A stretch of 64,000 bases of DNA from contig CBDFLE010000006.1 of NCBI GenBank assembly GCA_965248925.1, positions 2,016,001 through 2,080,000 on the forward strand, written 5' to 3'. This document shows, in pieces, positions 44,435 to 53,523 of this stretch. This stretch comes from Candidatus Multivoradales bacterium. GTDB lineage: Bacteria; Acidobacteriota; Thermoanaerobaculia; Multivoradales; J023. Positions within the stretch are counted from its first letter, which is position 1. Every line of letters begins with the position of its first letter. The notes under the pieces were generated by a model. The model saw only the letters and a program-made list of their open reading frames with translations, was not told the origin of the DNA and ran no database searches. The position numbers were made by a program, and so were the translations under genes.

Positions 44435-45169
44435 ATGAACTTCTCAGCCCAGGATATTCGCCGACAACCCCTCTCACTCAGTCGGGTCGCGCAAGTCTTG
44501 CTGCTGGCCGGCGGACTGGCAAGCGCCTTGTCCACCGCTGGCGAGAGCCCCGGCAAGAGCAGTGACACCCTCCGTCTCGAAACTCTGCTGGCCGAGATCA
44601 CAGAGGCCCAGCGCGGGCGTCGAACCCTGCGCGCGGAACTCTTCCAACGCCAGGAAAGTGAGCTGCTGAGCGACGCAGAGGAAGCGCGCGGCAGGTTCTT
44701 CTACCGGGCCCCAGATCAAGCCCGGTTCGAACTCGAGGGCTCCGAGCCCACCGTACTGCTGCTGCGCGGCGACACCCTGCTGACCTGGTACCCCGAACAG
44801 CAGCGCGCCGAGCGCCAGACCGGCGGTCGGCAGGTAGGGAGGCTGATGCAGATGTTGGCCGGCGGCGGCATCGCCGATCTCAGTCGCCGCTTCTCTACTC
44901 GCGCGGTCTTTCCCGCCGATCCTGAAGCCCCCTGGCGGCTGCTCTTCGAACCTCGATCACGCCGCCTTGCACGGCACCTCGAAGAAGTTGAGATCTGGAT
45001 CGATCGACAGCTCTACGCGCCGATCTACGTGCGCATCCAACAGGCCAGCGGCAGCACTGAAATCCGCTTGTCGAACCTCGAGCCTGATGTCGAGCTAGCG
45101 GCCGACATCTTCGAACTCGACCTGCCGGCCGGCACCGAAGTGGTGGAGCTGGGCTCCGGCGGCGGCTGA
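44435..45169 (+). CDS. LolA-family outer membrane lipoprotein carrier
   Basis: Signal-like N-terminus; TLRA.(L)FQ, GRFFYRAPD..RFE, LLTWYP, C-terminal N(L)E....L...IF.L.LP.G.EV. Confidence 0.8.
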   Translation: MNFSAQDIRRQPLSLSRVAQVLLLAGGLASALSTAGESPGKSSDTLRLETLLAEITEAQRGRRTLRAELFQRQESELLSDAEEARGRFFYRAPDQARFELEGSEPTVLLLRGDTLLTWYPEQQRAERQTGGRQVGRLMQMLAGGGIADLSRRFSTRAVFPADPEAPWRLLFEPRSRRLARHLEEVEIWIDRQLYAPIYVRIQQASGSTEIRLSNLEPDVELAADIFELDLPAGTEVVELGSGGG

Positions 45170-45536
45170 GGCCGCACCGAGCCGGCGCGAGAAGCCTTAC
45201 CAAGAGTGGCAAAGAGACACAATGCCCGCTGCTTGTATCTTGACTTCACGAACGACTTGAGAGAGGGTACCGAGCTAGGCATGTTAACGGGTCTAGTCTG
45301 CGATCTGGCCGCACTTCACGCCGCTTCGAGCGTTGTAGCGCGGCTTGCTGGCAGGGCCCTTACAGCCACTCGAGAAGCGACGGAGACTCCATTCCGGCAC
45401 CCCCTGAGCAGGACACGCTGCACAGAGTCACACGCCCAGTAGATTTAGGCGATCACCGCCGGTCTTTGCACGACCGGCCAGTGGTACGAGTGTCTACCGC
45501 GTCCGGCGTAAGAATCGAAGGAAGAACGACTCACCG

Positions 45537-45848
45537 ATGAATTACCTGCTCCTCGCCTCCGCCAAACCCGGCCTCGGAGGCATGCTCACCGGCATGCTAC
45601 CGATGGTGCTGATCTTCGCCATCTTCTACTTCATCGTCTTTGCGCCGATCCGCAAGCGCCAGCGAGCCTTGGACGAGGTAATTCGCAACCTCGGCAAGGG
45701 CGCCAAAGTGGTGACCAACGGTGGTTTGCACGGCGAAGTAGTCAAGGCCGAAGGCGACATTTTGGTGGTCAGGATCGCCGACAACGTCAAGGTGAGGATC
45801 TCGAAGTCCGCGGTGGCCGGACTCGCAGGAACCCCCCAGGAGAAGTGA
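45537..45848 (+). CDS. yajC: Preprotein translocase subunit YajC
   Basis: IFAIFYFIVFAPIRKRQ, KVVTNGGLHG, IADNVKV; immediately upstream of secD. Confidence 0.94.
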   Translation: MNYLLLASAKPGLGGMLTGMLPMVLIFAIFYFIVFAPIRKRQRALDEVIRNLGKGAKVVTNGGLHGEVVKAEGDILVVRIADNVKVRISKSAVAGLAGTPQEK

Positions 45849-45855
45849 GGGAATC

Positions 45856-47427
45856 ATGGACCGCAACCTTCAGATCCGCTTGATTGTCATCCTCGTGGTG
45901 CTGGTCGGCGCGGCGCTCATGGCCTATCCACCGCAGGACAAGATCAACCTTGGGCTCGACCTGCGCGGTGGCATGCACCTAGTCCTACAGGTGGTCACCG
46001 AGGACGCCTTAAGAGCCGAGACCAACAATCGCATCGACACCGTCTTGCAGGAGTTCGAGGACGATGTCCCAGGCATCGAAGGCAACCGGATCAACGACAC
46101 CACTTTCGAGATCAGCGGTCTGACGGCCAGCCATGACGAAGCGGTTAATGACTTGCTGCGCGACTACCTACCGCAGTGGAACCTCCAGCGAGTCGGCGGC
46201 AAGCTGCGCTTCGAACAGCAGGAACGTGCCAAGCGCGAGATCGCCGACCTCTCGGTGCGGCAAGCGATTGAAACTATCCGCAAGCGCATCGACTCCCTCG
46301 GAGTCACCGAGCCGGTGATTCAGCGAGGTGGCTTGAAGAGCAGTCGGATCGTCGTTCAGCTGCCTGGAGTGGACGACCCGGAGCGGGTCAAGAAGATCAT
46401 CAAGAGCACCGCCTTGCTCGACTTCCGCTTGGTTTCCAGGCAGCTGCAAACCTCAGCACCCACTCGCCAGGCGATTATCGACGCTCTCGGCGGCTCGATC
46501 CCGTCGAATATCGAGGTGATGAAGGAAGAGCGGCGTGATTCGCTGACCAACGAGGTCATCGACGAGATCTGGTGGGCGCTCGACAAGCGCCCGGTGGTCA
46601 CCGGCCGCGACCTCAAGAACGCCTCCGTCGGCTCTGGGGAGTTCAACGAACCGGTGGTGCAATTCAATTTTTCCCGCGAGGGTGGGCGAAAATTCGGCGA
46701 TGTCACCGGCGCCAACATTGGCAACCTGCTGTCGATCATCCTCGACGGCCAAGTGCGGCAAACCGCCACCATCCAGAGTCGCATTACCGACAGTGGCCGG
46801 ATCACCGGCGGTTTCGGGCTCGAAGAGGCACAAGACTTGGTGACCACCCTGCGATCGGGCGCGCTGCCGGCAGGCATCACCTACCTGGAAGAACGCACGG
46901 TCGGCCCGTCCCTCGGGCGCGAGTCGATTCGCAAGGGCCAACGGGCGGCACTGATCGGCCTTGTCTTAGTAGCGCTGACGATGCTCATCGTCTACAAGTT
47001 CACCGGCATCAATGCGGTCACTGCCCTGCTGCTCAACATGGTGCTGGTGTTCGGTGCCTTGGCGGCTTTCGGCGCTACCCTGACCCTGCCCGGCATCGCC
47101 GGTATCGTGCTGACTATCGGCATGGCGGTGGACGCCAACGTGCTGAATTTCGAGCGTATTCGGGAGGAGCTGCGAGCTGGCCGGACGGTCAAATCCGGCA
47201 TCGCCACCGGCTTCAGCAAAGCCTTCTCGTCGATCGTCGACGCCAACATCACAACCTTGATCGCCGCGGTTTTCCTGTTTCTCTTCGGCACCGGGCCGAT
47301 CCGCGGCTTCGCCGTCACCTTGATCGTCGGCATCTTGGCATCCCTGTTCACCGCCGTCTTCGTCAGCCGGTTCCTGTTCGACCTCATCCACTCGCGCAAA
47401 CAGCGGGTTGATGAGCTGTCGATCTGA
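45856..47427 (+). CDS. secD: Protein translocase subunit SecD
   Basis: INLGLDLRGG, RIDSLGVTEP, VQLPG, LRSGALP, VGPSLG, TLTLPGIAG.VLTIGMAVDANV..FERIREE. Confidence 0.97.
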   Translation: MDRNLQIRLIVILVVLVGAALMAYPPQDKINLGLDLRGGMHLVLQVVTEDALRAETNNRIDTVLQEFEDDVPGIEGNRINDTTFEISGLTASHDEAVNDLLRDYLPQWNLQRVGGKLRFEQQERAKREIADLSVRQAIETIRKRIDSLGVTEPVIQRGGLKSSRIVVQLPGVDDPERVKKIIKSTALLDFRLVSRQLQTSAPTRQAIIDALGGSIPSNIEVMKEERRDSLTNEVIDEIWWALDKRPVVTGRDLKNASVGSGEFNEPVVQFNFSREGGRKFGDVTGANIGNLLSIILDGQVRQTATIQSRITDSGRITGGFGLEEAQDLVTTLRSGALPAGITYLEERTVGPSLGRESIRKGQRAALIGLVLVALTMLIVYKFTGINAVTALLLNMVLVFGALAAFGATLTLPGIAGIVLTIGMAVDANVLNFERIREELRAGRTVKSGIATGFSKAFSSIVDANITTLIAAVFLFLFGTGPIRGFAVTLIVGILASLFTAVFVSRFLFDLIHSRKQRVDELSI

Positions 47428-47457
47428 CCGCCTGGTCCGGGAATCTCAGGAGCTGAA

Positions 47458-48654
47458 ATGCAGTTTCTCACCGCTACAAAAATCGACTTCATGAAGTACC
47501 GCAAGTTCTTCGTCGGGGTCTCCTTGACGCTGCTGACAGCGGCCATCGCTGCACTGTTCCTCGGCGGCCTCAACCTCGGCATCGACTTCTCGGGAGGCAC
47601 CCAGCTGCAGCTGCGGTTCAAGGACCAGCCCGACCCCGAGCAAATCGCTCGGGTGCTGGAAGACGCTGGCATCGGCGGTGCCGTGGTGCAGCGCTTTGGC
47701 ACCGTCGAGGAAAAAGAGGTGTTGGTCCGCACCCCGGTGGTCGCCAACAGCGAAGAGGGTAACAGCGGCGAGCTGATTGAGATCATCAACGCGGCGCTCA
47801 ACAACGGCGACAAGAGCAAGGACCTCAACCAACGCGGCAGCGGCTCGGTGGCCAGCTTGCTCAATCAATTCGACCCCGACGGCCGCTTGGCGGCGGGCGA
47901 CGATGATGTCGAGCAGCTCGCCTATTACAACACCGTTGCCAAACGGGTTCTGGGAGTGCGGAAGAACCTCAAGTTGATCGAAGACTTCACTCAGCTCGAC
48001 GGCATCGATGGGGTTAGCGCGGCGGTGTTTTCGACTCTGCGCGACAACGCTACACTGGGCAACATCAGCGTTCAATCGGTCGAAAACGTCGGTCCGCAAA
48101 TTGGTGGTGAGCTGTCGCAGAAGGGCATCCTGGCGGTGGTGATGTCGCTGCTCGGCATGTTGCTCTACATCTGGTTCCGCTTCGAGCTGCGCTTCGGCAT
48201 TGGCGCTCTGGTGGCGGTATTCCACGACTTTGTGATCGTGCTCGGGCTCTACGCGGTGGTTGGATACGAGTTCAATCTGCCGACCATCGCAGCCTTCCTG
48301 ACCCTGGTCGGCTACTCGGTCAATGACACCGTGGTGATCTTCGACCGGGTGCGCGAGAACATGCGCCGGTTCCGTCGTGAGCCGCTGGTCAAGATCATGA
48401 ACATCAGCCTCAACCAAACGCTGTCACGCACCATCTTGACCTCCGGCACCACCTTGCTAGCGGTCGGCTCGCTGTTCTTCCTCGGTGGCGAGGCGCTGCG
48501 CGGCTTCTCCTTCGTACTGCTGATCGGCGTGGTCGTCGGCACCTACTCGTCGGTCTTCGTCGCCAGTCCCTTCGCCCTGCTGTGGGAAAAATACTTTGGC
48601 CGCGACGCCCGCGAACGTCGCCAGGCTAGCCCCAACAGCCGAGCTGCGGCCTGA
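47458..48654 (+). CDS. secF: Protein translocase subunit SecF
   Basis: NLGIDFSGG, VGPQIGGEL, HD, LTLVGYSVNDTVVIFDRVRE, QTLSRTILTS, GTYSS. Confidence 0.97.
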   Translation: MQFLTATKIDFMKYRKFFVGVSLTLLTAAIAALFLGGLNLGIDFSGGTQLQLRFKDQPDPEQIARVLEDAGIGGAVVQRFGTVEEKEVLVRTPVVANSEEGNSGELIEIINAALNNGDKSKDLNQRGSGSVASLLNQFDPDGRLAAGDDDVEQLAYYNTVAKRVLGVRKNLKLIEDFTQLDGIDGVSAAVFSTLRDNATLGNISVQSVENVGPQIGGELSQKGILAVVMSLLGMLLYIWFRFELRFGIGALVAVFHDFVIVLGLYAVVGYEFNLPTIAAFLTLVGYSVNDTVVIFDRVRENMRRFRREPLVKIMNISLNQTLSRTILTSGTTLLAVGSLFFLGGEALRGFSFVLLIGVVVGTYSSVFVASPFALLWEKYFGRDARERRQASPNSRAAA

Positions 48655-48676
48655 GAGTAGCGACAGCGATGAGCAG

Positions 48677-48707
48677 AAGCCCCGCCCAAACCCGGCGGGG
48701 CTTTTTG
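48677..48707 (+). terminator. Intrinsic terminator after secF
   Basis: AAGCCCCGCC-caaaccc-GGCGGGGCTT followed by TTT. Confidence 0.85.
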
Positions 48708-48752
48708 CCGGGCGGTGAAACCTGGCTGTAGCTGCGTAGCCGCCTGGCCGAG

Positions 48753-49763
48753 CTAGGCCAGCAACCGCAGGGCTCCGGGCAGGATGTCGAAGGTAGCCAC
48801 TGCCGACGGGTGGCTTTCCCCGTCGAGATCAAAAGGCGGCAGCGGCGCGGCGGGAGTGATTCGCACTTCTCGACCGCGGCCCACGAGCACGCCGTCGAGC
48901 GACAGGTGAGTGCCGCGATAGAGCTGCACCAGGCGCCATGGCAGCTGCCAGCCGGAGATCGGCGGAATCAGCACCACGTCGAGCAGGCCGTCGTCGACCT
49001 CGGCCTGCGGAGCAATCTTCATACCTTTGCCGAAGTAGCGCCCATTGGCCAGCGCTACGCACCAGAAGAGCCCATCGCAAAACAGCTCGCCGTCGATCTC
49101 CACCCGGCAGCGCTCAGGCCGGTAGCTTGCCAAGGTCCGCAAGGTAGTCAGCAGATAGGTGGCCTGACCGCGATGTTCGAGCCGGTTGACCGCTTGGCCG
49201 ACCGCGCCGGAAACGCCGATCGAAGCGATATTGATGGCGAAACGGGTGGCGCCGTCTCCGCTGCGGAGGCGAATCGCGTCGAAGAGTCTCGGCGTAGCCT
49301 GAAGCGCCTGCCGCAGAGCCGCCCGCGGCTGCCGTGGCAAGTCCAAGCAGCGGGCTAGGTCGGAGCCCGTACCCGCGGGAATCAAGCCCAACGCGACCCG
49401 CTGCCCCAAGCCGCTGCTCAGCAGGCTAGAGGCCGCCAGTTGAGCCGTACCGTCACCACCGATGGCGATCACCCGCCGGGCTCCCGCGGCCAGTCGGTGG
49501 TCGAGCTCGGTCCGAGCTTCAGCGGCACTCTCGGCCAGCACCAGGTGAGCGGTGGCGAGCTGCGGCTGCCGCTTTTCGAGAAGGCGCCAAGCAGCCAGCG
49601 CTCGACCGCTTCCCGAACGCGGATTGACATAGATGATGGTGTTGTCCAAGTCGCCACTGGCCAAATCGTTACTCTCCCAATCCGTACTACCCGAGTCGGT
49701 GCAGTTGCAGTCGGTACCACGACATCCATAGCCAGTGCCGTCAAACCTTGACGCCGGCATCAA
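48753..49763 (-). CDS. Diacylglycerol/lipid kinase family protein (YegS/DAGK)
   Basis: YVNPRSGSG, GGDGT, IPAGTGSD, NGRYFG.GM.IAP.A..DDGLLDV, DGE. The true start is probably near 49650. Confidence 0.9.
   Translation of the reverse strand: MMPASRFDGTGYGCRGTDCNCTDSGSTDWESNDLASGDLDNTIIYVNPRSGSGRALAAWRLLEKRQPQLATAHLVLAESAAEARTELDHRLAAGARRVIAIGGDGTAQLAASSLLSSGLGQRVALGLIPAGTGSDLARCLDLPRQPRAALRQALQATPRLFDAIRLRSGDGATRFAINIASIGVSGAVGQAVNRLEHRGQATYLLTTLRTLASYRPERCRVEIDGELFCDGLFWCVALANGRYFGKGMKIAPQAEVDDGLLDVVLIPPISGWQLPWRLVQLYRGTHLSLDGVLVGRGREVRITPAAPLPPFDLDGESHPSAVATFDILPGALRLLA
49643..49717. repeat. Degenerate 15-bp tandem repeat, 5 copies
   Basis: tgtccaagtcgccac / tggccaaatcgttac / tctcccaatccgtac / tacccgagtcggtgc / agttgcagtcggtac. 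Confidence 0.6.
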
Positions 49764-50050
49764 GACTTTTCGCTATTGACCCCCGAAACAGCACCATTTA
49801 TCCGCAAGTGGCAAAAATAGTTGGTGAATATCGTGTATGTGAGTGTAACGAAACCGCTTCACTTTGCGCCTATAGAGAGTGAAGGCGGATAGTAGTCGGA
49901 TAGAAGCCAGACAACCGTCGCTAGAGCCCAGCCTAGCCGCCGCGGGCGAATTCGTCGCAAGATGTCGAATTTAGCTGCCAGAACGCGAATACAAAGGGAG
50001 AAAAGGCTAAAAAGCCGACTCCTTAGAGAGTACCGAGAGGAAGGTCATCA

Positions 50051-50395
50051 ATGCTTGAACTCAGCTTCTACAACGACCAGAAACTCTTCCTAAGAGTGCA
50101 GCTCGGCTCTGCCACGATCACGCTCGGTAGCGGCGACGACTGCGAAGTCCAGCTGCCTCACCGGTCGGTGGAGGGCCACCACGCGCGAATTACCTCGAAC
50201 CCTAACGGCGAATACTGGATCAAAGATCTGAGCCGCAGTGGCACTCGCCTCAACGACTCTTGGCTCTCTGGTCGCACCCGGCTGCAACCGGGCAGTCGGA
50301 TCTACATCGCCAACTATGTGCTGGTCTTCCAGCCCGCTAGCATTCACCCAGGAGCGCTGCCAGCCGACCCGCAGAGGGAGCACTTGGAGCTCTAG
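50051..50395 (+). CDS. Stand-alone FHA domain protein
   Basis: ITLGSGDDCEVQL...SVEGHHARI...IKDLSRSGTRLN...L.PG..I.I. Confidence 0.85.
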   Translation: MLELSFYNDQKLFLRVQLGSATITLGSGDDCEVQLPHRSVEGHHARITSNPNGEYWIKDLSRSGTRLNDSWLSGRTRLQPGSRIYIANYVLVFQPASIHPGALPADPQREHLEL

Positions 50396-50396
50396 G

Positions 50397-52421
50397 ATGA
50401 CTACCGCTTCCTCCCAGCACGCACTCCGCCGTCGCCAACCGCTGGCTACCTGGAGCACCCTGACGGTCTTGATCGCCAGCGCGGCGCTGTGGCTAGGCCG
50501 CAGCGGTTCACTGGCCAACATCGGCGTTGGCAGGCTGCTGGGCTTGCTAGCGGTGGGATTGCTGCTGGGGGTCTACCTGGCAGAGAAGAGACACTCACCG
50601 CCCCACCGTGGCCGAGGGAACGATGACGTTCCGAGCCCCCTCGACCGCCGCTTGCTCGAAGCCAGCCGGCAAGTCAACCAAAGTCTCGACTTGGAAAGAG
50701 TGCTGGACACCGTCCTCAGCCAGGCCCGCGAGTTGCTCGATGCCCGCGACGGTTCCCTGATGTTGGTTCACGGCACCCGCGAACTACGGGTTTCGGCGGT
50801 GATCGGCGATAGCGCGGCCAACGGCGCCCGCAGAGCCTTCGGCGAGGGCATCGCTGGCAGGGTGGCGAGCTGCGCCAAGCCCCAGTTGATCGCCGGTACC
50901 ATCGAGTTCGCGGGGCGCCGGGTACCCCCTGAAGCGCCAGCGGCACCAGCCAGCGCCCTCTCGGTGCCACTGCTCGACAAGAACCACTTGATCGGTGTGC
51001 TCAACCTCAATGCGGCGCACGGTCAGAGCTACTGCGAAGCCGACTTACGAGTCCTGGAGTTGTTCTCCGGCCAAGCCGGCAATGCGATCGCCAATGCTCA
51101 ACGCTTCGAAGCCGAACGTTTGCTGTCATCACGCAGCCGCTATCTGGCGTTGCACGATCCTCTGACCCACTTGCCCAACCGGGCTCATTTCTTAGCTCGC
51201 CTGGAGCGGGCGCTGGCCGATCAGCAACCGCACTCTCCTGCCGCCGTGCTCTATTTGGACCTGAACGATTTCAAGCCGATCAACGACCGATTCGGACACG
51301 ATGTCGGCGATGCGCTGCTCTGTGGAGTTGCCGATCGTCTGCGCCAAGCATTGCGGTCAACGGATCTGGTGGCGCGGCTGGGCGGTGACGAATTCGCTGT
51401 CCTGCTGCCTCCCGCGAGTTCCGCGCCGACCGTTCTGGCTACTGCTCACCGCCTGCTTCAGGCATTGGCTGAACCCGTGCGGGCTGGCGCACACAGCCTG
51501 GTCGTACAGGCTAGTATCGGCGCCGCGATCGCCGAACACGACGGCAACTTGGGCGACGATCTACTGCGCCGGGCAGACAGCGCCATGCAGCTCGCCAAAG
51601 CGCGCAGCAACAACCAGCCGGTACTCGCCGAACCCAGCCAGCACCCGGCTCAGAGTCCACCGGGAATCCAGCTTCGCCGCGCTCTAGCCAGCGACCAGCT
51701 AGAGCTTCGCTATCGGCCATGGGTTGACCTCGAGAGCGACACACCCCTCGGCTTCGAAGCCCTGGCCTTCCTCCGCACCCACCAGCCAACTTTGAGCCGC
51801 GTCGAGCCGGGGGCACTCAAGGATCCCCAATTGGCCATAGTTTTCGACAACTGGATCCTCGAGCACGCCTTGCATCCGTTGGCCAGCGCCACGGATCAGC
51901 GGCTAGACCTCTATCTCAGCCTGCAGGCCCCGTCCCTATCGGATCCGGCCCTCCCCAGCCGCCTGACGGAGGCTTGTCGTCGAGCCGGTCTAGCACTCGA
52001 TCGCCTCGTCCTGCAAATCCCGGAGCGGATAGTGCAGAACGATCTTGAGCACGCCGCTCACCGATTGACCCGGCTCAAGGCCCTCGGCTTGCGCATCGCG
52101 CTCGATCAGTTCGGCAGCGGTGAAGCACCTGAAGAGCCCCTCCACCGGCTACCGGTCGACATGCTCAGGGTGGACCCAATGTTCGTCTCCGGACTGGCTC
52201 AAGACAGCGGCGCCGAAACCCTGCTGGGCCACCTCCTCGGGCTCCAACAAGCCTTAGATCTGGAGATAGTGGTCAGCGGCGTCGACCGCCTGGACCAGGC
52301 CGATCGACTGCGCCAATTGGGAGCCCACTTGGCCACCGGCAGCTACTTCGGAGAGCCGTTGAGTGTGGCCCAGCTGGCAGCCAGCTTTGCCGCCCGGCCA
52401 TTCAGTAGCCAAGCAAGCTGA
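50397..52421 (+). CDS. Membrane-anchored GAF-GGDEF-EAL(degenerate) diguanylate cyclase
   Basis: Two N-terminal TM segments; GAF (GEGIAGRV, SVPL...IGVLN); HDPLT.LPNR, DLNDFK.IND.FGH..GD, RSTD I-site, GGDEF; EAL domain with substituted catalytic residues. Confidence 0.9.
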   Translation: MTTASSQHALRRRQPLATWSTLTVLIASAALWLGRSGSLANIGVGRLLGLLAVGLLLGVYLAEKRHSPPHRGRGNDDVPSPLDRRLLEASRQVNQSLDLERVLDTVLSQARELLDARDGSLMLVHGTRELRVSAVIGDSAANGARRAFGEGIAGRVASCAKPQLIAGTIEFAGRRVPPEAPAAPASALSVPLLDKNHLIGVLNLNAAHGQSYCEADLRVLELFSGQAGNAIANAQRFEAERLLSSRSRYLALHDPLTHLPNRAHFLARLERALADQQPHSPAAVLYLDLNDFKPINDRFGHDVGDALLCGVADRLRQALRSTDLVARLGGDEFAVLLPPASSAPTVLATAHRLLQALAEPVRAGAHSLVVQASIGAAIAEHDGNLGDDLLRRADSAMQLAKARSNNQPVLAEPSQHPAQSPPGIQLRRALASDQLELRYRPWVDLESDTPLGFEALAFLRTHQPTLSRVEPGALKDPQLAIVFDNWILEHALHPLASATDQRLDLYLSLQAPSLSDPALPSRLTEACRRAGLALDRLVLQIPERIVQNDLEHAAHRLTRLKALGLRIALDQFGSGEAPEEPLHRLPVDMLRVDPMFVSGLAQDSGAETLLGHLLGLQQALDLEIVVSGVDRLDQADRLRQLGAHLATGSYFGEPLSVAQLAASFAARPFSSQAS

Positions 52422-52423
52422 AG
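52258..52423 (+). repeat. Direct repeat copy 1 (3' end of the GGDEF-EAL gene)
   Basis: Shares long tracts (ggcgtcgaccgcc, caggccgatcgactgcgcca, cccacttggccaccggca, gccattcag, gcaagctga) with 53027-53194. Confidence 0.85.
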
Positions 52424-52512
52424 CTCGTGTTGCCTGCGGGTTCAGAAAATGTGGTCCAAGCCTGCCGTAGCCCGCTCAATCGTGAGCTACCCCGATGAGA
52501 TAGACTCAGACC

Positions 52513-52731
52513 ATGGACGGAGCATTGATCAATTTGGACACGCTCTCCGACGAGGAACGAATCGACCTTGCAGTTGCCCTCTGGGACAGCGTTAGTGAGA
52601 AGGGAGCACCCCTCCCGCTAACTCCCAATCAGGCACAGGAGTTGGACCGTCGAGTCGTAACATACAGGGCAGATGGTTACTCGGGCACACCCTGGCGCGA
52701 ATGCATCGAGCGGATCGACGAACGTAGCTGA
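52513..52731 (+). CDS. Putative addiction module antitoxin (TIGR02574-like)
   Basis: LSDEERIDLAVALWDSV...LT..Q..ELDRR...PW; stop overlaps the toxin start (TGATG). Confidence 0.88.
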   Translation: MDGALINLDTLSDEERIDLAVALWDSVSEKGAPLPLTPNQAQELDRRVVTYRADGYSGTPWRECIERIDERS

Positions 52732-53027
52732 TGGCTCGAACTCTTGGCATCCGGCGGGAGGCCAAAGCCGAGATCACAGAAGCTCACGACTGGTACAAAA
52801 AGCGCAGGCGTAGCCTCGGAGCCGAGTTCCTCGCAGAAGTCAAGAAGGCCTTCGCTTTCATCGAGGAAGCTCCGGAGCGATTTCCCACCATTCGCAGCAA
52901 CGTGCGCCGGCTGCCCCTCAACCGCTTCCCCTATTCGATTCTTTACCTCGCCGAACCTGACGAGATCGTGGTCCTTGCCTGCTTCCATGGCAGGCGCGAC
53001 CCGAAACGCTGGCAATCCCGGACCTGA
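52731..53027 (+). CDS. RelE/ParE family toxin
   Basis: EA.AEI.EA.DWY...LG.EF..EV...I...PE.FP...RR..L.RFPYSI.Y...I.VLA.FH..R.P..W. Confidence 0.9.
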   Translation: MARTLGIRREAKAEITEAHDWYKKRRRSLGAEFLAEVKKAFAFIEEAPERFPTIRSNVRRLPLNRFPYSILYLAEPDEIVVLACFHGRRDPKRWQSRT

Positions 53028-53194
53028 CTTGAGGAGGTTGTGGCCACGGGCGTCGACCGCCCGGAACAGGCCGATCGACTGCGCCAGCAGGGAGCCCCAC
53101 TTGGCCACCGGCAAGTTCTTCGGTGAGCCGCAGAGTAGAGCGCAGCCGGTAGCCAGTCTTGCCGCTTAGCCATTCAGCGGTCAGGCAAGCTGAG
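53027..53194 (+). repeat. Direct repeat copy 2 (degenerate, frameshifted copy of the GGDEF-EAL gene 3' end)
   Basis: Colinear with 52258-52423 but with substitutions and small indels. Confidence 0.85.
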
Positions 53195-53523
53195 CCGGTG
53201 TCGACTACGTTCTATTAGCTGATTCTGTGCGGCTGGTCTGGCTGCAGAAGAGCCGACCGCTGGCCTGAGAGTAGGCGACGGGACGCCTGTCGAAGTCGGA
53301 GGATGATCCCAGTTGCATTACGTTGACTCCGGCAGCCGTCCCACCCACCCACCGGCTGCTCCCGCCAAGCCTCCGATGGGTATTGAACAACCGACTAGCC
53401 CGAAGGCCGCTGCCGATTGTTTATCACCTGTGGGACAAGTTACCGCTCCGTGGCAGGCACCACCAAGGTCTTTGGGGTAGGACGCTGGCTGGCTGGGACC
53501 GAATCCCACTGCCGGGGACGGAC

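Noticed and set aside
45170-45536. Long intergenic region before yajC as a tRNA or ncRNA locus
   Set aside because: No tRNA cloverleaf, T-loop or known ncRNA motif could be recognised.
49860-50050. Possible c-di-GMP riboswitch upstream of the FHA/GGDEF genes
   Set aside because: Hairpins are present, but the GEMM core (GGCAAA...GAAA...GACGCAAAG) and class II features were not found.
53195-53523. Short ORFs or LytTR remnant downstream of the kinase
   Set aside because: No REC or LytTR motifs in the listed frames; the short ORFs have no recognisable support.
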